Shown: positions 47,782 through 55,409, counted from the first letter of the stretch. The stretch: DNA of 64,000 bases from an uncultured Clostridia bacterium (GCA_944362705.1 CALVTO010000001.1:17416-81415); one strand, 5' to 3'. Translations and numbers: made by a program. The notes: generated from the sequence alone by a model not told the origin.

Positions 47782-49471
47782 AAATTTTACTTGTTTCCGA
47801 TAAGGCTTTTACTAATTTTACTTTGCCATTATCTATTTTGTATATTGTGTCAGCTAAATTATCGTAGTTGTTTTTATGCGTAAAAAGAATAATGGTTCGT
47901 TTATAAGGGTCAGAAGAAGCAATAATATTTTGTAGTTTAATGTGAAAATCTTCCGATACATCTTCAGGATATTCGTAAATCATTAAAATTTTACATTTGC
48001 TAAGTGCAGCGCGAATTAAGCCAATCCAGAAAAGCGTTTCGCCGTTTTTAATATCACCAATAAGTGTTTCGTATCCTTGAGGTAAGGATTGTATAACGTT
48101 TGTTAAATTTAATACTTTTACGAGTTTTTGAATGTTATGAAAGTTGCTATGTGCCATCAGCAGATTTTCTTTTACAGTACCGTTGACAAACGATGGATGC
48201 GCAGAGCAATAGTCAATATGGTTTTTAAATGTTTTTTCATTATAATCGTATAAGTTTAAGTTATCTAGTAATATTTTACCGCTATTGGGTTGAATACGTC
48301 TGCGCAACATATTAAAAATTGCTCTTTTTCCACAACTGCGCTTACCTTTTACAATGTTTACGCCCTTCATGGTAAATAGCATATTCACATCTTTTAAATT
48401 AACGGCTTCGGGTTCTTCAGCTTTATAAAAAACGCTAATAAATGCTAAACTATACCCTTCAGCTTCTTTGTTAATATTACCATATTGAACCATTTGCTTA
48501 TCTGTTAAATTCAAAATTAAGTTAATTCTGTCTACATCTACGCGCATGTTCTCGGTACCATCGAATTTTGTGTATAATGTATTGAGTTTATCGGTACAAG
48601 AAGTTAGGTACGGAACAATAATTAAATATAAAGCAACATCTAATTGGCCTTTAGAAACCATAAATATTAAAAACGCAGTAATGGCGTAAATAACGACATT
48701 CCAAATAGCGTAATAAATATTCCCGCGGAAAGAATAAGTACGATAATATCTGGCATATTCTTTACTAAAATCATTTACGTGTTGCAAAAGGTTGGTTTCA
48801 TAAATTGCACCACCGTGCATTTCTTCAATAACAGATTTTCCAGAAATAATTTTAGAGTATTCTTTAAAAGAATTATCTTTCTTTTCGTAACGCGAGTTTA
48901 AAATTCTTCCCATGCGTTTATTGAGTGCGTTAATTACAAAAAAATTGACAACGCCTAATAAGGCAACAACAATGCCCGCATAAATATTGGTGGTAAAAAT
49001 AGCTGTAATAGCAATAATTACTTGCACCATATATTGAATAATAGACGCTATAACATCGGGGAATTCGCTTGCGTGCCCCATATTGCTTTGTGCAATATTG
49101 ATAATTTTTTCGGCAGAAAACTTTTTAAGGGTTTTAGATTCTACGCTTAAAATTTTACGATAAATTTTTGTAGAAATAGTTTTACGAATATGTATCAGTT
49201 GTTTCCCGTAAAAAATATATTCAATATGATAAAACACATTACGTAAAATAATGTCTAACAGTTCAATTGCTAACCAGAAAAAGGCGCCGTTCCAATCTTG
49301 ATTATATAGGCAGTTAATGGTTTTAGCTGCAAAAATAGTCATTAAAGCATACAAAACAGCGTATAAAATGTAAAAGAAAATTTGAAAAAACCAAATTTTC
49401 TTATCCGGCTCGCATAATGTATACCATCTTTTAAAAATATTATCTTTTTTCTTATTCACTACTTGTTCCAT
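47780..49471 (-). CDS. ABC exporter half-transporter (TMD-NBD) with a degenerate nucleotide-binding domain
   Basis: Six-TM exporter-type N-terminus. In the NBD, Walker A reads GKRSCGKRA, no LSGGQ is present (region NGETLFW) and Walker B reads ILMIYE (Asp to Tyr). The H-loop THK is retained. Confidence 0.7.
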   Translation of the reverse strand: MEQVVNKKKDNIFKRWYTLCEPDKKIWFFQIFFYILYAVLYALMTIFAAKTINCLYNQDWNGAFFWLAIELLDIILRNVFYHIEYIFYGKQLIHIRKTISTKIYRKILSVESKTLKKFSAEKIINIAQSNMGHASEFPDVIASIIQYMVQVIIAITAIFTTNIYAGIVVALLGVVNFFVINALNKRMGRILNSRYEKKDNSFKEYSKIISGKSVIEEMHGGAIYETNLLQHVNDFSKEYARYYRTYSFRGNIYYAIWNVVIYAITAFLIFMVSKGQLDVALYLIIVPYLTSCTDKLNTLYTKFDGTENMRVDVDRINLILNLTDKQMVQYGNINKEAEGYSLAFISVFYKAEEPEAVNLKDVNMLFTMKGVNIVKGKRSCGKRAIFNMLRRRIQPNSGKILLDNLNLYDYNEKTFKNHIDYCSAHPSFVNGTVKENLLMAHSNFHNIQKLVKVLNLTNVIQSLPQGYETLIGDIKNGETLFWIGLIRAALSKCKILMIYEYPEDVSEDFHIKLQNIIASSDPYKRTIILFTHKNNYDNLADTIYKIDNGKVKLVKALSETSKI

Positions 49472-49641
49472 AGTGTTTACTATAAGTGAAACTTGGCAGA
49501 ATAGCAAGCGTTTGTTTCATTTTGTCAAAGGAATTTATGTTTATTTGTTATTTTGTAGAAAATAAGGGTAAATAAAAACAGCTTTACGCAATGCTTTTTC
49601 GTGCATGCCTAACTGTTTTTATTAAAAAAAAATTTATTACG

Positions 49642-50076
49642 TTAAAAATACTTAGTATAACAAAGGGATTCTATATATCCTTGTTTTTTGCATAATGCAA
49701 CGCAGGCTTTACGTGAAGCGGTGGTTGTTAATTTCATAAAAGCACATTTTCTTTTTAAAGATTCTTGTTCGGCAAATTGTAATAATTGTTTACCTATGCC
49801 ATGGTTCTTGTAATTTTCTTCTACAATAAAAGACCATAATGTAGAGAAGGGAACAGTAGTTTCGGTAATATCTTGGTTAATCACCAATTGACAAAAACCA
49901 ACACACGTATTTTTGTAAATGGCTGAAATAAAAATATAATCTTTATTATTTTCTAGTTGTTTAAATTTTCTTTTCATTTTAGGTAAAAGCGTTTTATCAC
50001 CAAAAGCTTGTTCGTATATAAAAGCAATTTTTTCTAGGTCTTCAAATCTTGTTCTGCGAATGGTAACGTTTTTCAT
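49642..50076 (-). CDS. GNAT-family N-acetyltransferase
   Basis: The acetyl-CoA motif region is VEENYKNHGIGKQLLQFAE. The size is typical at 144 aa. Confidence 0.8.
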   Translation of the reverse strand: MKNVTIRRTRFEDLEKIAFIYEQAFGDKTLLPKMKRKFKQLENNKDYIFISAIYKNTCVGFCQLVINQDITETTVPFSTLWSFIVEENYKNHGIGKQLLQFAEQESLKRKCAFMKLTTTASRKACVALCKKQGYIESLCYTKYF

Positions 50077-50153
50077 AATATTCTCCTTATGTATACGTTT
50101 CGTATACTGAAAATTAAAAAAAAGCGTAAAGAAATTTTGTAACTATTAAGGAA

Positions 50154-50186
50154 TAAAAAAATACGTATGGCTACGTATTTTTTTTA
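50154..50186 (-). terminator. Bidirectional hairpin terminator after the bPH_2 gene
   Basis: ATACGTA-tggc-TACGTAT flanked by A7 and T8. Confidence 0.7.
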
Positions 50187-50187
50187 T

Positions 50188-50811
50188 TTACTCTTTGTTG
50201 TTTGATTTTTTTCTGTTTTCTATATTTTGTTTGATACCCTTTGTTTTCTTCTGGACGTAAATCGTTAGGTAGTACATATCGGTTTTTAAGTCATTGACAA
50301 TATCTTGTAGCATGTTACATACATGGTATGGGTCGGTTATGCAAAATAATATAGTTCTTTCTACTTTACTTACAATGTGAATATTACCCACCTTTAAAAT
50401 GCGGTTAATAAGTCCAACATTAAGATGAACAAGCTGAACATCTATGTAGTAAATACTTTTCACATCTACAAAAACACCTGATCGAATGATAATTCGTTTT
50501 GTGGTAAAAACATATTCCGTATTTTTATATTGCGCTGTTGACGTAATTATATTGCCAATCCAAATCCATAATGGTGTTAAATGCAAAACAAAAAACAAAA
50601 TGAAAATAATGAGAACTAATGTGCTAACTTGTGAGGCTGCGCCAGTTTTAATAAAAGCATAAATAATACAGCCATTAACCAAAACCCAAATGAGAACAAT
50701 AGGTGATAATTAAAGAATTTTCGACCAAATAAATACAAATTTTTTAGGCTTGCCTTGCCATAAAATTTTTTCATCGTTTTGAATTAGGTCTTTTATAGAA
50801 TTATGGTGCAT
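50188..50811 (-). pseudogene. bPH_2 (YdbS/YdbT-like) membrane PH-domain protein interrupted by an in-frame TAA at 50710-50712
   Basis: The ATG at 50811 gives MHHNSIKDLIQNDEKILWQGKPKKFVFIWSKIL, then TAA. The same frame continues as LSPIVLIWVLVNGC... into the 164-aa ORF that carries the PH-like core FTTKRIIIRSGVF. Confidence 0.7.
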
Positions 50812-50829
50812 TTCGTTAGAAAGATTTTT

Positions 50830-51825
50830 TTATTTTTGTCTTTTTTCATCATAACCTCGTCTTTGTTTTACATTGTTAAATATTTGAAAAAAATCTAAAC
50901 CGCGATCATGGTATGTATTTGTTAATTTTCCTGTTGGCAATAGTTTAATAGAATAAATTAAATTATTTTTTTCATCATCTATATCTTTGTGAATTTCAGT
51001 GCTTTTAAAAATGACATGTTGATGATATACCATGGCGGAAGAATACGCTTGGGGATTAAATTTTGCAGGATCTAATTGGATTTTTGTTCCTTCGGCAATT
51101 ACGTCTTTTATTATGCTTTGCAATACAGAACTTTCCATTAAATGACTTTTAGTAAATAGTGCAACGTCGGGAATGGTTTCGTGTTCTTTTGTAGAAGAAA
51201 TAGGGAAGAATCTAATTTGATCAACAATGGTTGCATAGTGTTTAATATATTTAAGCGCTTTTTCTGTATTGTCTATATAATTTTTCATTAAAACAACGCT
51301 TAACCATAATTGTTTACCTTGTTGGTGCAACATGTTTTTTATTTTAATAAGTTCTTTTTTACTTAATGAATCTATTTTCATTAAATTACTGTTTATTCTT
51401 TTATTCCAATGATGAATGGATATATTGACTGCGGTTATACAGGAATTTGCAAGTTTGTGCACAAAATCTTCGTCTCGTAGTTTGACTCCATTGGTAATAA
51501 TAGTTATTTCTGATAATTGTTGTTTATATTTTTTTAATTCATGTAATATTGGAAACAAGTTTTTGGAAATAGTAGGTTCTCCGCCTAATAAGACAACATT
51601 TTTTACGTTTAATTTGGTTATGGCTATTTTTATTTTTTGTTCTAAATGATCTATAATGTTCTCTTTTCTTAATTTACCTAGGCGTGCAACGCAAAAGGGG
51701 CATTTCCCATTGCAAGCATCTGTCATTTTAATGTGTAATCTTGTGCTTTTACCAATTTTATACTTTGTATTGAGAACGTCGATAGTATCATATGCAGAAT
51801 CGGTTAATGTTGTGTTTTCAATCAT
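50830..51825 (-). CDS. Radical SAM enzyme with a single CxxxCxxC cluster and no auxiliary-cluster cysteines (viperin/MoaA-like core)
   Basis: MTDACNGKCPFCVAR, VVLLGGEPT, ITIITNGVKL, NISIHH and QIRFFPI. Confidence 0.8.
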   Translation of the reverse strand: MIENTTLTDSAYDTIDVLNTKYKIGKSTRLHIKMTDACNGKCPFCVARLGKLRKENIIDHLEQKIKIAITKLNVKNVVLLGGEPTISKNLFPILHELKKYKQQLSEITIITNGVKLRDEDFVHKLANSCITAVNISIHHWNKRINSNLMKIDSLSKKELIKIKNMLHQQGKQLWLSVVLMKNYIDNTEKALKYIKHYATIVDQIRFFPISSTKEHETIPDVALFTKSHLMESSVLQSIIKDVIAEGTKIQLDPAKFNPQAYSSAMVYHQHVIFKSTEIHKDIDDEKNNLIYSIKLLPTGKLTNTYHDRGLDFFQIFNNVKQRRGYDEKRQK

Positions 51826-51838
51826 TTTTATGAAAATC

Positions 51839-52603
51839 CTATTTTTTATAATTTATTTTTTTTCGGAAACTTGTTTTTACAAATTTGCCTAAAGCAATTC
51901 GCTTGCACTCATTTTGCACTTCTTCAGGAGTCTTGTTGTATGTATCAACTAAAAACAAATTGTCATAATCTTGTAACGTATTGTAAGTATATAAGTATTT
52001 TTCTTGTAGGGATAATGCATTTTTATCAAACTCAGAAATTCTTTCTCTAGAAAAAACTCTTTTTATATGTTCTTGCTCATCGCTAACATATAAAAAAATG
52101 ACTTTGTGATTAGGGTTTTTTATTAAAAAAGACTCAACTGATTGAAGTATAAGCTGTTTATCATTTTGGTTCATTATTCTTGTAATATGTTCTACACAGC
52201 GATCGATGGTGATAATGCCATTTTCTGCCAACCCGTTTACGGTTGTTGTTTTCCCAGTAGCATCAGCTCCTTCAATGTACGTGTATGTTATTTGAATTGA
52301 ACCGTTTAAAAGATTGTCTACATTGAATAACGAATTATTTGTAACATTTAAAAAATCTTTATTTATAAAAATGCCGGAATCTGTTGGAATTAAATATAAA
52401 TCTATAAGATTTTTTATGTGTTGAATATAAAAAAATTGGTTTGTTTTTGGGTCAAGCCAAGTATCCGTTATTATTTCAAAAAACTTATTGTTTTTGTTAC
52501 TTTGTTGTACTGTTTTTTTGTCAATCAGGATTTTATCTGATAAAAACCTGTCGCTCAAATTTTTTTTCATACAAACGTATTTTGTAAAAATTTCATGCGT
52601 CAT
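51839..52603 (-). CDS. P-loop nucleotide kinase-like protein (thymidylate/deoxynucleoside-kinase-like Walker A) with an N-terminal domain of unknown function, about 105 aa
   Basis: YIEGADATGKTTTVNGL resembles the Tmk motif EGxDGxGKTT. The gap to the radical SAM gene is 13 nt. Confidence 0.6.
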   Translation of the reverse strand: MTHEIFTKYVCMKKNLSDRFLSDKILIDKKTVQQSNKNNKFFEIITDTWLDPKTNQFFYIQHIKNLIDLYLIPTDSGIFINKDFLNVTNNSLFNVDNLLNGSIQITYTYIEGADATGKTTTVNGLAENGIITIDRCVEHITRIMNQNDKQLILQSVESFLIKNPNHKVIFLYVSDEQEHIKRVFSRERISEFDKNALSLQEKYLYTYNTLQDYDNLFLVDTYNKTPEEVQNECKRIALGKFVKTSFRKKINYKK

Positions 52604-52609
52604 AGTTTT

Positions 52610-52638
52610 ATTGTAACATATTAAACATATTAAGGCAA
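52610..52638 (-). promoter_or_regulatory. Promoter (TTGCCT, 17 nt spacer, TACAAT) whose -10 ends 6 nt before the kinase ATG (leaderless candidate)
   Basis: The hexamers were read on the minus strand. No SD sequence is present. Confidence 0.45.
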
Positions 52639-52666
52639 TATATATAACGATACACAGTCATATTAA
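52617..52666. repeat. Three copies of CATATTAA (52617-24, 52626-33, 52659-66) in the divergent control region
   Basis: Read directly. Two tandem copies sit in the spacer of the minus-strand promoter. The third sits just upstream of the plus-strand -35. Confidence 0.7.
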
Positions 52667-52667
52667 G

Positions 52668-52696
52668 TTGCTAAAATACGTAATTTTTGTTATGAT
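52668..52696 (+). promoter_or_regulatory. Promoter (TTGCTA, 17 nt spacer, TATGAT) whose -10 ends 6 nt before the NTase ATG (leaderless candidate)
   Basis: The hexamers were read directly. No SD sequence is present. Confidence 0.45.
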
Positions 52697-52702
52697 TATG
52701 AC

Positions 52703-53482
52703 ATGAAACTAACAAATATAGATATTTATCATATTATTGATGAGTTTGTGCATATAAAAAAATACAAAAAAAGAGATGATGTTTTGGGAATCTTCTTTTA
52801 TGGCAGTGCGTTGTATGGCAATCATACAGAAGGTTCTGACATTGATTTACATATTATTACAACCAGTGCAAAAGATATTCGCGGAAATATTGTTTTGCAT
52901 AATACGCATGTGGAATATTTTGAGCGACCGTATAATGCTATTTTAAACCAAATGCAATATGAGAAAGAAACAAATCAAACAGTTATATTATCCATGCTTG
53001 GATACGGCAAAATTATATATGAAAAAAATGGCGCTTTAACTAAATTACAACAAACCATTAAAGCGAGTTATGCTGACTATAAGCCACAAGTTTTAATTTC
53101 AAAAAAAGAAGCTATTTTTAATTTTTACAAAATTTATATCAATATGCAACGATTGGAAAAATTGATGAATGTTGATGATGATGTTTTTTATTATATGTAT
53201 TATATCGTTTTAAACAACATAAAAAAATTTTACGAAAAAATGATGGGGTTGAGTACCGATATTTCTCAATATAAATTAAAAAGGTTTTATTTACATAATC
53301 AAGAGCAAGTGAATACATTTAAAACAATTCCGGCAAATGAATTTATACAAATATTTTTACAATGTGTTCCAATGCAACCTCAAGAAAAAATGTTGCATTG
53401 TTTGCAACAATTATTTACTTTCTGTACGAAAGATCTTGATTTTGATTTTACTAGCAATCATATTATTATGGAGAGAAAGTAA
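52703..53482 (+). CDS. Pol-beta-superfamily nucleotidyltransferase with a helical C-terminal domain (ANT/KNTase-like architecture)
   Basis: GIFFYGSALYGNHTEGSDIDLHIIT fits the G[SG]-x(9-13)-DxD motif. The length of 259 aa is similar to ANT(4')-type enzymes. Confidence 0.7.
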   Translation: MKLTNIDIYHIIDEFVHIKKYKKRDDVLGIFFYGSALYGNHTEGSDIDLHIITTSAKDIRGNIVLHNTHVEYFERPYNAILNQMQYEKETNQTVILSMLGYGKIIYEKNGALTKLQQTIKASYADYKPQVLISKKEAIFNFYKIYINMQRLEKLMNVDDDVFYYMYYIVLNNIKKFYEKMMGLSTDISQYKLKRFYLHNQEQVNTFKTIPANEFIQIFLQCVPMQPQEKMLHCLQQLFTFCTKDLDFDFTSNHIIMERK

Positions 53483-53484
53483 TT

Positions 53485-54321
53485 ATGAAAAAAATTCCTC
53501 GTGGAGAGTATCGAATTTCTATAACATCAGCTTGCAATATGAAGTGTGTGTATTGTCATAACGAAGGGCAGTCTTCGTTTGCACAATTGTCGCTTAATGA
53601 TATAGATTTACTCTTAGCAAATTCTTATGATTTAGGGTTAACATCTGTACGGCTTACAGGTGGAGAACCGCTCATTCATCCAGATATTATTGATATATGT
53701 AAACTAATTAAGCATAAGTATCATTTACAAGTTGGCATTAACACAAATTTAATTAAGTTTGATATTATACTTGAGTTGTTGAAAAATCATTTAATAGATA
53801 AGCTTGTAGTTGGTATGGATTATTACGATGGAAAGGTTTCAAAAAATTCGCCTGTAGGTATATCTTCAAAAATTATAAGACAAAATCTTTCATCTATTAA
53901 AAACATGCCTATATCTATTGCGGTAGATATGGTTTATACAAACAATAAAAATGATATAGATAAAATGATGAAATATTGTTTAAACAACGGGTTTGAAATA
54001 AAAGTACTTGAAGATATTGGAAATTTATCCGAAGAATATCATAAAGAGTTTATGTTGTTTGTGAAAAGTCTTGCTCAAAAATACGGAATTGAACTATACT
54101 CATCTAAAGAAGAATTTGACCAATTTAGAGGGTATAAAGGTAAAAAACGTGTGGCTTCTTTTTTTAACTCGCTTTGTTATGATAAAAAATGTGCGTTGTG
54201 TAAGAATATGCATTTAAGGGTTTCGGCGAAGGGAGTGCTTCATAGTTGTGCAATTAAAGAAGATGATGGTATATGTTTTAAAGGGGAAAGTGTAAGAAAT
54301 AATATTTTAAAAATGTTATAA
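53485..54321 (+). CDS. MoaA-like radical SAM enzyme (GTP 3',8-cyclase family-like) with C-terminal auxiliary Cys motif
   Basis: YRISITSACNMKCVYCHNEG and VRLTGGEPLIHPD. The C-terminal CALCKNMHLRVSAKGVLHSC resembles the MoaA CxxC-NRLRltadGkL-C region. Confidence 0.75.
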   Translation: MKKIPRGEYRISITSACNMKCVYCHNEGQSSFAQLSLNDIDLLLANSYDLGLTSVRLTGGEPLIHPDIIDICKLIKHKYHLQVGINTNLIKFDIILELLKNHLIDKLVVGMDYYDGKVSKNSPVGISSKIIRQNLSSIKNMPISIAVDMVYTNNKNDIDKMMKYCLNNGFEIKVLEDIGNLSEEYHKEFMLFVKSLAQKYGIELYSSKEEFDQFRGYKGKKRVASFFNSLCYDKKCALCKNMHLRVSAKGVLHSCAIKEDDGICFKGESVRNNILKML

Positions 54322-54336
54322 TACATAGTGAAAAAT

Positions 54337-54825
54337 ATGGATATATCAATAAAAAATAAAAATTGCAACTTTAAAGCAAAAGCGGTTGGGTTGCTGTGTG
54401 TTAAAAATAAATTATTATTAGTTCAAATGAGTGATGCTGGTTTTTTTGCTCTTCCAGGCGGACATATTCACATTGGCGAATCTTCCACTGATGCTGTTGT
54501 ACGAGAAATGAAGGAAGAGACACTACTTGACGTAAAAATTAAAGCACCTTTATGCATAATTGAGAATTTTTTTGATGGAAAAATGGGTAAGTATCATGAA
54601 ATAACGTTTTGTTATATTGTACAACTTTTAAATGAAAGCAATTTTAAAATGGAAGATTTTGTACGGCATGATATTGAAGATGGAAAACTTGATTTTAGAT
54701 GGTTTAGCATAGACGAATTACATAACGTGGATTTAAAACCTACTATTTTAAAAGAAAAAATTCTTGCACTAAACACACAATTTGAATTTTTAATTTCCAC
54801 AAAGCCATATCATGGTACAATGTAA
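54337..54825 (+). CDS. NUDIX hydrolase
   Basis: The Nudix box is GGHIHIGESSTDAVVREMKEETLL. An alternative GTG start lies at 54328. Confidence 0.85.
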   Translation: MDISIKNKNCNFKAKAVGLLCVKNKLLLVQMSDAGFFALPGGHIHIGESSTDAVVREMKEETLLDVKIKAPLCIIENFFDGKMGKYHEITFCYIVQLLNESNFKMEDFVRHDIEDGKLDFRWFSIDELHNVDLKPTILKEKILALNTQFEFLISTKPYHGTM

Positions 54826-54978
54826 AACATAAAATAAAACAAAACCATTTTAATGTATGCAAGCATTTTATAGGATTGCAAATGAATACTTTTTAAGCGG
54901 GTTTTTACATGCAAGAAGATGTTATAATCAAAATATAATATTTCATTTTCAATAGATAAATAATTTGAGTTTATAAAA

Positions 54979-55004
54979 ACCATGTGAGCGATCACATGGT
55001 TTTT
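54979..55004. terminator. Bidirectional hairpin terminator
   Basis: ACCATGTGA-gcga-TCACATGGT flanked by A5 and T5. Confidence 0.7.
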
Positions 55005-55082
55005 ATAAAAATAATTTTTTAAAGTTTTGATAATTTTATTTAAATGAATTACCTTCCAAGAAAGTTCTGATAATTTTTCTCT

Positions 55083-55220
55083 TTATCTTCTTTCTTTTTT
55101 TTCATTAGGATAATTATATACAGATTTTAAAGTTTTTGTGTCTGAGTCATAAATTTTATATTTTATTCCGCGTTTGTCATATAAAGGTGTTCTTAAATCA
55201 GTTATTACGAATTTTTTCAT
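55083..55220 (-). CDS. Small ORF (45 aa) with a strong RBS, below the ORF-track cutoff
   Basis: AAGGAG sits 6 nt before the ATG. The product is MKKFVITDLRTPLYDKRGIKYKIYDSDTKTLKSVYNYPNEKKERR. Confidence 0.35.
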   Translation of the reverse strand: MKKFVITDLRTPLYDKRGIKYKIYDSDTKTLKSVYNYPNEKKERR

Positions 55221-55282
55221 TTTAAACTCCTTAGTTATATTCCATTAGTTAAAATCAAAGAAATAATTTATAAAAGCGTGTC

Positions 55283-55330
55283 AAATACATTTATGATTGA
55301 AATTTATAAAAATAAAATACATTTATGATT
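55283..55330. repeat. Perfect 16-nt direct repeat AAATACATTTATGATT (55283-98 and 55315-30)
   Basis: Read directly. It lies between the small ORF and the tRNA terminator. Confidence 0.8.
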
Positions 55331-55362
55331 AAAAAATATAAAACATGATGCATCGACTTTTA

Positions 55363-55397
55363 TATAAAAAATATATCCATACCACAATGGTATGGAT
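55363..55397 (-). terminator. Rho-independent terminator of tRNA-Ser
   Basis: Stem ATCCATACC/GGTATGGAT with a T run on the minus strand. Confidence 0.7.
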
Positions 55398-55409
55398 GGT
55401 TAAGTTTAT

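Noticed and set aside
50710-50712. Stop-codon reassignment or an alternative genetic code as the explanation for the in-frame TAA.
   Set aside because: TAA, TAG and TGA all terminate well-conserved housekeeping genes in this window at their expected ends. A nonsense mutation or a sequencing error is the simpler explanation.
47780-55220. A RiPP cluster (radical SAM maturases, ABC exporter and a small precursor peptide).
   Set aside because: rSAM-1 has no SPASM/twitch cysteines. rSAM-2 has the MoaA-type rather than the SPASM-type C-terminal motif. No RRE-like domain or Cys-rich or Gly-rich precursor is present, and the ABC NBD is degenerate. The kinase, NTase and NUDIX point to nucleotide substrates, not peptide substrates. 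I keep this only as an alternative to be excluded.
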